Shown here: in pieces, positions 27,681 through 40,350 of the stretch
How positions within the stretch are numbered: the first letter of the stretch is position 1
Layout of the letters: each line of letters begins with the position of its first letter
DNA from: Callorhinchus milii
Lineage: Eukaryota
Assembly (NCBI RefSeq): GCF_018977255.1
Contig: NW_024704742.1
Location: 90,274,001 to 90,338,000, forward strand
Reading direction: 5' to 3'
Length of the DNA: 64,000 nucleotides
Translations under genes and position numbers: made by a program
Notes under the pieces: generated by a model
Database searches by the model: none
The model's input: the letters and a program-made list of their open reading frames with translations, nothing else
What the model was told of the DNA's origin: nothing

Positions 27681-30600
27681 TTTAAACTTTAAAGCCCACC
27701 TTAAGACTCTTTTTTTTAACCATGTTTTTAGTCATCTTCCGCCCCCCCTACCCCCTCTCCCCCACACACACTATCCTTATCTCCCCCCATCCCCAGGTCA
27801 GGCTCTGTAAAACGTTTTGAAACATCCTCCTGATTTAGGAATACAGGAAAAGGATTGTGCTGTTCATCCCCTCGAGGGTGAGGTCACACTGTTCTCTAAA
27901 TTCCAACAAGTTACAGGTTGAGGTGGAACATCAATCTATTGCATAAGAAGCCATCCGTCCAAAATCAGTTCCAGAACCTGATAGGCATTATTTATAACCA
28001 CAAATTATGTAGTGAAATAATGTTTTGCCCCATCAGGTCCTGTTTAAATTTATAGCTGCTTTACTTGCACAGATTGCCATTCATTTCCTATTCCCACCCG
28101 AACAGATGAATCATTTGCGTCTCTCCAATTCATTTGGATTTTACTGAGAAGAGCACCTCCTGGAAAATAAAACAAATACTGCAACATTTTACAGAGCAGC
28201 TCAAAGCAAATACAATCAACTGCAGCAGTCACACAAGGCTTCCCTCAAATTGCCAGAGAAAACAAATCGTGCATAACCACAGATTGTTTTTTAAAAAATT
28301 GTTTTAAAAAAACTATACATAGAAAAGTTTCTTTTCAATTCTGATTGAATCCCATTTCTGAAAACACCTCTCCACAGCAGCTCAGTTACTCATTGAAGCG
28401 GAAAGTACCGAAAAGCCACCAAGACCTTTTTAAATGACTGGACCTCCCGGCACATTTGCTCACCCACAAAATACACAACCACTGAACTTTACAGTGTATC
28501 CTGTGAAGCGTTTTGAGATGTCCTCCCAATGTGAAAGGTGCTATCTCAAATGTAAGAATCAATATTATTTAAACAGATTGCTAAGGTCAATTTATGACTA
28601 GTAATGGCACACTGCTGGACACAATTGGCTAATGCGTTTCACCCACAAAATGTGCCTTTACAATATATTCTGTTAAGAGCTTTGAGACCCTTCAATGATG
28701 TGATAATGGTCTGAATCAATATTAATATTATTATGAAGTCACAAATGGGACAAAATTAAGTAATAAATTCTGTCAATTTGGAATTGAAAACAGGCATCTT
28801 TTTGAAAGACGTGCCATGGGTATAGCCACATCATTGAAAGTGTAGTTTGCTGGCTGCTTTTGAAAATACACTCATTCTTCTCAATAAATACAATGTGAAT
28901 AAAGCCACCCAGACAAATCATTTTAATACTGACATCCTTAGTATTTGGACCCACATGACTCAGTCAATCATCCTTAAATACGTAAACCCATCCTATTCCC
29001 AACCCCACCTGCTTTCCGGCGATAATAATCCCTCAAAAAGAAAGATAATGCCTTTATTAGGCAATGCTCGTAGTTTTCATTGTTACACCTGTGAACGAAG
29101 CAAGTTTCCATCCAAAACTCATTACTGCAGACTGGGCACTGAATAAATATAAAGTATTCTAATGGTCCATGAGTGCACCAGAAATGATAAGGGGCAGGGT
29201 TTGTGGGCAGAGTTTTCATTGCAACAGATTCTCTCCTAGATCTCAACCACACTGTTGTGAGGGGAGAGTGGAGGTGATAGAAGGGCTCTCCACCAAAGTC
29301 AGGCATGTCCTCACTTTACTTTAAAAACATGATGATCTTCCCTTGCTTGCCTTCTAAATTAGAAAGCTTTCTGTGCCACTTCTAATTTAGATGGCACCAC
29401 AAGGAAAAATGGTTGCAACAAATGTAAAGGTATAGCAATGACTTTTCAGTTTGTTTAACCACTGCACATGGAAAAAAAAGGCATTGTAACTTTTAGTGCC
29501 GGTGAACTTTCTCCCATCACATTTAACAGTCGTTAGGTTTGGCTCCAGTACAGGCACACAACATAATAGCCAGTGATGGTCATTGCTTTCAACCTCTCTG
29601 GAAACATCAACTGTTGTATCCTTCGGCACATGAGTCCCAGCTCAATCAAAACATGCAGATGCCATGATAACAAGTATCCTAGTATGATGTAAGTATGATG
29701 TAAGTATGATGTAAGTATCTTAAAATGTACCTCGAGCAACTCCAGAAGAAAAGATTAACTCCAATCTCAGAACCAGACATTTACAACAGGAGCATTTGTT
29801 TATGGTGGAAAACACAGAGTGAAAATAACCTGCAATGATTTTTCCATTCCAATGTTTTTTTTCCTCATTCTGTTGTCACACAATACAAATTAAAGGGAGT
29901 CAGTATGAAGCTTTAAGTAGCACAACTTATTTTTTCGTGTTTTCCAATAGACCTGTGCTTTGTTTATGAGCAGCTGGTTTTAATAGTCGCACTTTGGAGG
30001 TTTTAAAATTGACAGGTTGACTAATTTGACAACAGTTGGCTGTCAAATGAGACTAATCATTGTGCAACAGCTGTCCTGCACACCATTTTTTTCCATTGTG
30101 CTCTTTAATTGGCTTTCTTTGAGTGGCTTTAACACAAAAAGTTTCAATAAATTCCTATTTATGAAAGATCAAGCTCCAAATTACAATACAATATACATTT
30201 ATATAACACCTTCCGTATTGGGAAGACATTACAAAGTGTTTCAATTGGCCATCACAGTCAGGAATGTTGCAAAACAAATGTACATTTTAAACCCATTTCC
30301 TTCCCAGATTACATGTTTGTAGTAGTCTCCAAAAGCCCATTCAGTACACCATGACTGACGAAAGAATGGGATGGAATAAATGGGGCTGGCAATGCAACAA
30401 AAATAAAATGTTTCTGTGCATACTTGGATATCTAGTAGATATTTGATAAGGTTCCACATATAAGACAGTTAAAGATGGTGAAAGCTCATGCAACTATAGG
30501 TAAATTAGCTGGTTGGAATGGAAATTGCCTTAGCAATAGGAAAAACAACTTGCATTTATAATCCTTGCATTTGTTATTGTGCCTTTCATGTCCAGAGACA

Positions 30601-30776
30601 AAATTGCTACCAACTGAACCAGACTGACACAGAGAAAACAGGAAGCAAATTGAAAAGGCACCTTCACTCTGACTGGAGGTACTGAACAGCATAGTGCTAT
30701 ACAGAGTCTGTATTTGGTCACCAGCTGTTCACACTTAAGGCTTTGTTGAGATAATTTTGTGTAATATTATAAGATT

Positions 30777-31085
30777 GGAGTCCTGTAGCTCAGTGGTTAG
30801 AGCACTCGCTTTGCAAGTGAGAGACCTGAGTTCAATTCCAGGCAGGGCGAAACCTTGGGCAAGTTTCCTTACTCCACACGCCTAATAATAATCCCTCCAA
30901 AAAAACAAAAACAATAATAAATTGGTCATTTTCAATCTACTACTGTTTGTGGGACATTGCTGTGCGCAATTGGCTGCCGCGTTCGCCCACAAATATACAG
31001 TCAATTCACTTTACAGTCTATTCTGTGAAGCGCTTTGGGACGTCCTCCCAACGTGAAAAGCGCTATATCAAATGCAAGGATTATT
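30777..31085 (+). mobile_element. Young tRNA-derived SINE, short subfamily
   Basis: ggagtcctgtagctcagtggttagagcactcgctttgcaag...gttcaattcc; nearly identical to 55603-55926. Confidence 0.95.
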
Positions 31086-31420
31086 TTTTGCATCTGATAT
31101 AGCACCTTATCACATCTTTGAGATATCTCAAAGCGCTTCACATAATATACTGAAAAGTGACTTGATTGTATATTCTGTAGGCAAGCAGTGTCCCACAAAT
31201 AGTCATGGATTGAGTGACCAATTTTTAAATTTATTTGAAGGGATTATTGCTGGTGAAAATGCGATTCACCAATCAACTAACAACCGGGTTCCTACTTACT
31301 GCTAGGTAAAAAGAGGTGTGTGGAATAAGGAAGCTTGCCCAATGTTTTGCCCTGCCGGGAATCAAACCCAGGTCCTTTCGTTTGTGAGGCGAGTGCTCTA
31401 ATCACTAAACTACGGATGCC
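31086..31420 (-). mobile_element. tRNA-derived SINE, long subfamily, tail-to-tail with preceding copy
   Basis: Begins ttgcatctgatatagc directly after the previous tail; long insert present. Confidence 0.88.
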
Positions 31421-31683
31421 ACAGTATGAACCCAACTTATCTGAGAAAGTGAATAATGAGGATAAATAGCATTCAGAAACATCTGGAACAACTAAGCAGA
31501 TGGATAAAAAAGTAGCAGATGGAGTTGAATACAAATTGAAACAAGAAACTGCAAAAGTATACACAATAAAGGGGTGTCCATTAATGGAGATGGAGAAAGG
31601 AAAATAATTTGGATACAATTCTCGATCATTCACTGAAGTGTTCCAATCAATGTGAAGCTGAGTCAACAAATATAACCCAATAC

Positions 31684-32372
31684 AAAAACAGAAGTCGCTG
31701 GGAACACTCAGCAGGTCAGGCAGGATCTATGGAGAAAGGAAAGTGAGTCAACGTTTCAGATCCACTATCCTTGGCCAGAACTGGGGCATGTTGGGAGGGA
31801 AAGGCTTTTCAGGGCTAACAGAGAGGGGGAGGCAGGGTAAGGAAGACAAAGGAGAAAACGGGATAGAGGGAAGGGGATGATCAGTTAAAGAGGTGTTAAT
31901 GATGCAAAACAAAGGGGGGAAGAGAAATTACAACAAAATAGGCAGAACAGAGAGAGAAAAGGTGTGTCGGGACTCAGATGATGTGGTAATGGTCACAGAA
32001 AAGTGGGAAGGTGAGCTCCTTTGGTCTGAAATTATTGAAATCAATATTGAGGCCAGAGGGCTGTAAGTTCCCTAGCAGATAGATGAGCTGTTGTTCCTCG
32101 AGCTTGCTCTGTGGTTCATTGGAACAGCATAGGAGGCCATGGATGGAGAGATCAGAGTGTAAGTAAGAGGGAGAGTTGAAATGGCAAGAAATCTAAAGCT
32201 TAGGGTTGTGCTTGCAGATAGAATGGAACTGTTCAGCAAATCGGTCACCCAATCTGTGTTTGATCTCCCCAGTGTAGAGACCTCATTGTGAGCAGTGAAT
32301 GCAGTAAACTACATTGGTGGTAGTACACATAAATCGCTGTCTCACTTGAAATCTGTGTTTGGGGCCGTGGAC
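31684..32372 (-). mobile_element. Penelope-like element fragment (GIY-YIG endonuclease plus 3' region)
   Basis: Minus translation FMCTTTNVVYCIHCSQ*GLYTGEIKHRLGDRFAE...LEEQQLIYLLGNLQPSGLN; flanking 18-bp imperfect direct repeat. Confidence 0.85.
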
Positions 32373-32459
32373 ACAAGTATAATCCAATACTAGGTTGCCT
32401 CTGTACATATGTATAGTTAACTGATGAAACTGCATTTGTAATGTCAATATTGATGAAAG

Positions 32460-32730
32460 CAGGGCACTATATCGGAAGTAAGATTAGGAAACACATTTAC
32501 TCCACAGGTGGGATAGAACTTGCCAAGGGGGAAGCTGAAAGAGATCTAGGAGTGGTAGTTGACTCATTGCTCACCATGTCAAAATAGTACGTGCAGCAAT
32601 AAACAAGGCCAACAGGATGTTGGGCTATACTGCCAAATCAGTTGAGTTCAGATCTGCAGAAGTCATGCTCAAGCCACATAGTCCTTTGGTCAGGCCACAC
32701 CTAGAGTATTGCATACAGTTCTGGTCACCG
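32460..32730 (+). mobile_element. CR1 ORF2 fragment
   Basis: gagatctaggagt..., ggtcaggccacacctagagtattgcatacagttctggtc (RPHLEYC.QFWS), similar to 39510-39550. Confidence 0.8.
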
Positions 32731-32749
32731 CTGAGAGAAACTCCCTTCA

Positions 32750-32935
32750 CTTTTTGAATAATGCCCTGGAATCTTTAACATCCACCTGAACAAGCAAATG
32801 GGACCTTTTTAACATCTTATCCAAAGGTCAGGGTTGTGGTGTCAGGCTAGACTGTGAACTCAAAATCCTAAAGTGAAGCTTGAACGCACAACCTACTGAC
32901 TCGGAGTTGAAAGTGCTACCAACTGAGCTTGGCCA
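32750..32935 (-). mobile_element. Deu-domain SINE fragment
   Basis: gaatctttaacatccacctgaaca and ctgactcggagttgaaagtgctaccaactgagc (rc head). Confidence 0.7.
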
Positions 32936-33614
32936 ACACAATATAATGTTTAGCTTCCAGCCCACAGTTTGAATTATTTGCACATAGATTGACAACATCC
33001 CAAGTTGAGGTTGAGAAATTTAAATGCTTCCTGACAAGAGGAGAGACCATATCCACAGCAACTCCTGGTCTAAATCAAATTGCTCACTTACACAAATCAT
33101 ATCCTGCCATATCTGTATGGCAATCATATCCTGCTTGCCGATATGATTGTTCCAAGTGCACAATATGCTTTCAGCATTGGGGGCCCCAAACATCTAAACA
33201 AATCCAGAGTGAATAGGAAGAATGTGCCATGCACATGCATGTGTGTCCTGTTAGATTTACTTGCAACAAAGTAGCTGTGGGTTTTGCAGGTCCTCCCAAT
33301 GTGAAAGGTGCTATATAAATGTTTTGTTGTTGTTCCAGGTGCCTAAGGTTAACAAAAGGTCTGGCTTATAAATTAGTTTTTAGTTTGTGTGGTGGGCTAC
33401 TGCATTTGGCCTCAGGGTACCTTGGCTGAAGCAAGATATATAAAGATATATAAAGCAGACAGGACTGTATGCATGGGCGAGTGGCGGGGTGGCATTGAGT
33501 GTGATTAGTTATCTGTATACAGCTCAAAAATGGCTTGTTTATATTTTGAGTCTCTATACAATTGAGAAGAGCTGACCCATTTGTATAGCTTTGCAAGTTC
33601 TCAATATGCAACTC

Positions 33615-33835
33615 TTTTTTTCACACAGAGTTGTTGGGACATGGTCAAACAAGGTGGTAGAGACAGAGTCCATTGTGGTTTTCAAGAGGGAAGTAAACAG
33701 CTGTATGAAAGTTTGAGGCATGAAGGGGGATGGAGATAAGGAAGGGCAAAGATTGAAAGATTGAAATAACCCGTTGCTCTGGCAGACTCGAAGGACTGAA
33801 TGGCTTCTTCTGTGCTGTAAATTATTATGATTCAA
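33615..33835 (+). mobile_element. CR1 3'-end fragment
   Basis: ttttcacacagagttgttgggacatgg...ggactgaatggcttcttctgtgctgtaa. Confidence 0.75.
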
Positions 33836-34338
33836 ATTACCCCATAAAAAAACAAAGGAGTTTCTGCAAAACTGCTCGTATTGGTGTAAGGGTTAATCCC
33901 ATTGGCAGGGCCAACACTTTACTTGCCTTTGTGGTTCATACAGATCAGAATTAAATCATCACATAAATACACAGTAGTTAGCCAGCCATAGCAGTGGTCC
34001 TTAGGTACAGCAGTAACTGGAGCTGCGCCGCAATTGGAGATTGTAGCAAGATTACAGGCAACATATGCTTATGTTTACACTTGTCAAAAACAATATTAAT
34101 CGTGCAAAGTAAGAGTTACTCCTATATAACATGGTGACGAGTTATCTGTATACAGTACAGAAATGGCTTGTTTATACTTTAAATCACTATGCAATTGAGT
34201 GGCGCTGCCCCATTTGTACAGCATTACAGGTGCTCAATAACACAACTCTACAGCTGTAACTGTTTGTTTATGCTGATTATTGCATGCACGTTAAATGCTA
34301 AGGGAATATGTACAAGAACAGTGTGCGCATGTGAGAAG

Positions 34339-34660
34339 TAATAATAATAATATAATAATCCTTGCACTTGATATAGCACTTTTCACATCTTCTAGATGTC
34401 TCAAAACACTTCAGAGAATATACTGCAAAGTGAATTGACCGTATATTTGTGGGTGAAACATGGCAGCCAATTGCGCACAGCAGTGTCCCACAATCAGTTG
34501 TGGATTGAAAATGATCAATTTATTATTGTTTTTTTTGGAGGGATTATTATTAGGCGTGTGGAGTAAGGAAACTTGCCCAAGGTTTCGCCCTCTGCCTGGA
34601 ATTGAACCCAGGTGTCTCACTTGCAAGGCGAGTGCTCTAACCATGGAGCTACAGGACTCC
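34339..34660 (-). mobile_element. tRNA-derived SINE, short subfamily
   Basis: Complete head/body/tail. Confidence 0.93.
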
Positions 34661-36079
34661 ACTGTATAGTTGGAACAATAGATGGCAGACCGGAAGAGTA
34701 ATGCAACAGCACAGCCAGTGAATCCAATGATTGGTTTTGCTCTTATACTTTTTAATTGGCACTGCCATGAAACATATTCCAGAGGTGAATTAACTTGAGG
34801 CAGCGATTGATTCGACATGCCCAATGCCCGGAATTAAAACTGACCACTGTAATTTGCCTAATTTCAAGACCAATCGTACGAATGAGCTAACAGAAATACC
34901 TCTTTAGGATAGGCTCCATGTTAATTTTACAGCCATCACTATACTGCGTTCAAGAAAATACTACAAACGTGACACAACAGTGGAGCAGTCAATACCATAG
35001 CCCTGTGTCAATAACATCTCTTGTACACCACAAAGACTCAGCAGTTCTCACACACTCCCTTAATCCAAACCCGCCAACCCCTGTGTACACACACACACAT
35101 ACACACACAGAGAGAACTGTCCATTGTTGGATTTTCAAACACCGCGGTTCATCACGGTTGACAGCATCCTTCACCCCCTCAATTTTTGAACTTTTATATT
35201 CAATACCTGCTTAGCATTTTTGGAAGATTTTGATGGCAGGAAGAGAGGAAGCGAGGTAAATGTATTAGAGTTCCAGGGCAACAATGGCACAAAGCTCAAC
35301 CACCTAGTGCAGGATGGAGGGAGTGATGAGCAAGCCATAGCCCAGAATTGGAAGAGGAGAGTGTGCAGACAGGAGAAAAGGCCTGGAAGAGATTTCTAAA
35401 GTGCAATGTGTTCGTCTTGTTTCGCCAACAGAGTATACAATCATTCACTTTACACTATATTCAGGATCATAGTGATCTTGGAAGAGGCTTTGCTAAGAAG
35501 TTAGACTTAACCAATTCCTGTTGTAAGCGTACCATCCTTTTATTATACCTTGGCAGATTGTTGATTAAAAGGAACATATGTGAAGTTCAGTGGCATAATG
35601 GTGAGAGCACTCACCTCGCAAGTACATATAAAAAGGGGATAGCTGCGAGAGCCTTACTTGAGCAGAGAGCCCAGATTGAGCTACGTCCGGAGTGAGGCCA
35701 GAGTGAGAAGGAATTGGGTGAGAGTGGGAATTGCTGTGGGAACTGCTATCATGAGTGTTCAAGTGTTGTGCTACTAAATATTGTCAAAACTGTTGAATCC
35801 ATTGGTAGATTGGTCTTGTGGTGAAACTCTACAGGGAGTAGCTGTAACTAATTAGACTTAGACTTAACTAATAACAAGCAACATAATCACTTGATTAGGT
35901 GTTAATTCTAAATTACTGCTGGAAACTGGTTGCATCCAGAGGGTATAAAAAGGGAATAACTGCGCAAAGCTTTACTTGAGCAGAGAGCCCAATGTCTGGA
36001 GTGAGAAGGAAATGGGTGAGAGTGGGAATTATTTTTTCTAACGGCAATAATATAGGGATAAATAGAGTGAGAGGAGAGA

Positions 36080-37027
36080 ATGACCTGGCAGGTGATGTGT
36101 GAGGAATGTGATATGTGAGAATTGATGGAGGGCAACCCGAGCCCGGGTGACTTCATCTGCAGCAAATATCTGCAACTGAGGAAGATCCAGCTTAGAATAG
36201 CTGAGCTGGCATCTCAGGTGGAGACACTGCGCAGCATTAGAGATGGGAAGAGCTTCCTGGACAGTTTCATTCTGGAGCCAGACACTCCTATGAGTCCCAG
36301 GGAACATTCCGTTACCAGCCATAGACATGACTGAGTGACGGTCAGACAGGCAGGTAAGGGGACCTGAAAAAGAGGGGCAGAGGAACCCCAGGCTTTAACC
36401 TTGTCCAACAGGTATGAAATACTTGCAACCTGTGTGGACAAGGAAGTCTGTGAGGAAGATGGGCAAACTTACCCCAACACCTCTATACAGGAGGCCACAC
36501 TGGGAATAGTCAGAAGGAATATAGTGGTAATTGGGGATAAGACAGTCAGGAAGACTGACGCACATTTCTGCAGCTGTAGCAGGGAGACAAGAAGACTCTG
36601 TTGCCTTCCTGGGGCCAGGGTGAAGGAGGTCACTTCTGGCCTGAGAATAATTTGAAGCGGGAGAGAGTGGATCCAATAGTTATGACTCACATAGGGACCA
36701 ATGATGTAGGTAGGACTGGTAGGGACGAGTTGAGGAACAAGTTCCAGGAATTGGGAGTTGAGCTAAAGAGTAGAACTTCAAAGGTATTAATGTCAGGATT
36801 ATTACCTGAACCAGGAGCAAATTGGTACAGGCAAAAAAAATAAAGAACTGAATACCTGGCTAAAAGAGTGGAGCGGAGGGCAGGGGTTTCACTTTATGGG
36901 CCACTGGCACCAGTATTGGGGGAGACAGGAGCTATTCCAAAGGAATGGACTCCACCTAAACAGGGCTGGGACAAATGTCCTGGCAACACGAATAAATAGG
37001 AAAGTAGACAGGGCTTTAAACTACTAA
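36080..37027 (+). pseudogene. CR1 ORF1: Cys-rich finger/leucine zipper plus SGNH(GDSL)-like esterase domain
   Basis: MTWQVMCEECDM*E...FICSKYLQL..IQLRIAEL; VVIGD, CLPGARV, HIGTNDVG motifs; premature stops/frameshifts. Confidence 0.8.
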
Positions 37028-37189
37028 GGGGTGGGGGGGTAAATTCAATCAAATGCAATCCGTCACAATTAAAATTAGAAATGATGAAAGTGAGAGAGCA
37101 GATTAACGAGGGAGATGAGCAAAGTTTGTCAAGGGGGAAAAGAAGCCCAGGGATAAGGTACTGGTGAATAGAACTAATAGCCCAAAGTC

Positions 37190-39985
37190 AGAATTTAAGG
37201 CGCTATATCTGAATGTGCGAAGCATTCGAAACAAGATAGATGAGTTAAATGCACAAATAAAAACAAACAGGTATGATCTAGTAGCCATCACCAAGACATG
37301 GTTACAGGGAGATCAAGGGTGGGAGCTAAATATTCCAGGGTATGTGGCATATAGAAAAGATAGGCAATGTGGTAAATGAGGTGGTGGGGTTGGCCCTGCT
37401 AATAAAGGATGGGATAAAAACAGTAGAGGAAAGATTTTAAATCAGAAAAGCAGGAAGTAGAATCAGTATGGGTAGAAGTATGAAACAACAAGAGGCAGAA
37501 AACTCTAGTGGGAGTAGTTATAGACCCCCGAACAGCAGTCACAGTATCTCTCAAGATATAAATCAGGAAATTAGCAGAGCATGTAGTAAAGGAAAAACAT
37601 TCATTGTGGGTGATTTTAATCTGCATATAGATTAGGACAACCAAATGGGAAAAGTATGATAGAGGAAGAGTTTATAGAATGTATTAGGGATAATTACCTA
37701 GATCAGTATGCCAAGGAGCCCACCAGGGAACAGGTCATATTAGACCTTGTTTTGTGTAATGAAGCAGGGCTGATCAGTAAACTGGAAATTAAGGCTCCTC
37801 TAGGGCAAAGTGATCATAATATGATGGAATTTAGCATTAAGTTAGAGAAAGAAGTAGTTAAGTCCGAAGCAAAGGTCTTAAATTTAAGTAGAGTCAACTT
37901 TGCTGGTATGAAAGAGGATTTAGCTAAAATAAACTGGGAAATTAGACTTAAGTATTTGACAGTAGAGCAGCAATGGCAGACGTTTAAGGAGATACTGCAA
38001 AATTCCCAGCGAGCATGTATTCCTTTGAGGGATAAGAATGCCACAGGAAAGGTGGCCCAACCGTGGCTAACTAGAGCAGTTTGGGAAAGTATAAACTTAA
38101 AGGAAGACGCCAGTAAAACAGCTAAGATGAGCAGTAAACCCGAGGATTGGGAGAACTTTAGGGATCAACAAAGGAGAACCAAAAAAGTGATTAACAGGGA
38201 GAAAATGGAATATGAGGGCAAACTAGCGAGGAACATAAAAACAGATTGCAAGAGTTTTTATAAATATATAAAGAGGAAGAGGCTGTCAAAGGTAAATGTG
38301 GGTCTGCTACAGGCAGAGACGGGAAGAATTATAGTAGGGGACAAAGACATGGCAGAGTCATTAAACAAGTACTTTGCTACTGTCTTCACCTAGAATACAC
38401 TGAAAACCTACCAAGAATAGAGGGGAACTAAGAAGACAATGTTAGCGAGCAACTTGGAAATTAATATTAGTAAAGAAATGGTTTTAGTTAAATTGTCAGG
38501 TCTTAAAACTGACAAAATCCCCTGGACCTGATGGCCTACATCCTAGGGTTTTAAAAGAGGTGGCTACTGAGATAGTGGATGGCTTGTCTTTGATCTTCCA
38601 AAATTCTCTGGATTCTGGAACGGTTCCCATTGATTGGAAGATTGCAAACATAACACCACTATTTAAGAAGGGTGGGAGAGAAAAGATGGGGAACTATAGA
38701 CCAGTTAGTCTGACATCAGTGGTAGGGAAAATTCTTGAGTCCTTAATTAAGGATGTTGTTATGGGATTCCTGGAAGACCATAACAAGATTAGGCAGAGTC
38801 AACATGGCTTTACAAAAGGGAAGTCATGCTTAACTAATCTTTTAGAGTTTTTTGAAGATGTATCTAGCAGGTTAGATAGGGGGGAACCAGTAGATGTAGT
38901 ATATTTAGATTTTAAGAAGGCATTTGACAAAGCGCCACACAAAAGGCTATCGCACAAGGTTAAGGCCCACGGGATTAATGGGAACATATTAGCATGGATT
39001 GAAGAGTGGCTAACGGGTAGAAAACAGAGAGTAGGGATAAACGGGTCATTCTCGAATTGGCAGGATGTGACTAGTGGAGTGCCACAAGGATCAGTGCTTG
39101 GGCCTCAGCTATTTACAATTTACATCAATGATCTAGATGAGGACATTGAATGTAACGTATCTAAATTTGTGGATGACACTAAACTAAGTGGGAGAGTAAG
39201 CTCTGAGGATGATGCAAAAAGATTGCAATGGCTGGGGAGTGGGTGAGTAGGTGGCAGATGGAATTTAATGTGGGGAAGTGTGAAGTTATACACCTAGGTA
39301 GCAAAAATAGAAAAACAGATTATTTTCTAGAGGGGGAGAGATTAGATAGTGTTAGTGTTCAGAGGGATTTGGGTGTCCTTGTACACCAGTCTCAAAAAGT
39401 TAGTTTGTAGGTGCAGCAGCAACTAAGAAGGTGAATGGCATGTTAGTGTTCATTGCAAAAGGTTTAGAGTACAAGAGTAAGGAAGTCTTGCTACAACTGT
39501 ATAAGGCCTTGGTGAGACCACACCTAGAGTATTGTGTGCAGTTTTGGTCTCCTTATTTAAAAAAGGACATACTTGCCCTAGAGGGGGTGCAGCGTAGATT
39601 CACTCGGTTAGTTCCTGGGATGAGGGGACTGACCTATGAGGATAGGCTGAATAAACTAGGGCTGTATTCTCTAGAGTACAGAAGAATTAGGGGAGATCTT
39701 ATTGAAACATATAAGATTCTTAAAGGGCTGGATAAAGTAGACACTGAGTGTCTGTTTCCCCTGGTAGGAGAATCTATAACCAGGGGCCACAGTCTTAAAA
39801 TTAAGGGTCAGCCCTTTAGAACAGAGTTGAGGAAACATTTCTTCACTCAGAGGGTAGTGAATTTATGGAATTCACTACCCCAGAAGGCTGTAGATGTTCA
39901 GTCCTTGAACATCTTCAAGGCTGAGACTGATAGATTTTTTAAATATAGAGGGATTAGGGGATATGGGGATAGGGCAGATAATTAG
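37190..39985 (+). pseudogene. CR1 ORF2 (AP endonuclease plus RT), fragmented
   Basis: LYLNVRSIRNK, ITKTWL, GQSDH, NYRPVSLTSVVGK, QHGF, LDFKKAFD, GVPQGSVLGP, FVDD, RPHLEYC; several stops and frameshifts. Confidence 0.93.
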
Positions 39986-40083
39986 AATTAGGTCAGAAGA
40001 TTAGCCATAATCTTATCAAATGGCGGGGCAGGCTCGAGGGGCCGAATGGCCTACTCTTGCTCCTAATTCTTATGTTCTTATGT

Positions 40084-40350
40084 AAGCAAGAAGACCCAGG
40101 TTCACTTCCTAAGGCAAGCTTCCTCACTCCACGCACTTCTGTTTACCTAGCAGTAAGTAGGAACCCAGTTGTTAGTCAATTGCTGGATATCTTTTCGGGG
40201 GTAATAATGCTTCAGAAAAAAAAGTGCTCACTTAATCTGTCAGACACTGCTCTGTGCAATTGGCTGCCATGTTTCACTCACAAAATACAGTCAATCCACT
40301 TTACAGTATATTCTTTGAAGCACTTTGAGACGTATCATCGACGTGATTAT
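40084..40350 (+). mobile_element. 3' remainder of a long-subfamily SINE whose head is at 35582-35622
   Basis: aagcaagaagacccaggttcacttcc continues the head gaagttcagtggcataatggtgagagcactcacctcgcaag. Confidence 0.8.

Larger units (their letters stand above)
35623..40083 (+). mobile_element. Near full-length CR1 LINE (about 4.46 kb), disrupted
   Basis: 5' UTR, ORF1, ORF2 (APE plus RT), 3' UTR ggccgaatggcctactc and (TTCTTATG)n tail; inserted in a SINE head. Confidence 0.96.

Noticed and set aside
29681..29718. 11-bp tandem agtatgatgta x3 (and 12-bp duplication at 26828-26852)
   Set aside because: Slippage duplications with no spacers; not a CRISPR-like array
37656..39985. CR1 ORF2 pieces as an active or domesticated RT gene
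   Set aside because: Multiple stops and frameshifts; FVDD instead of FADD
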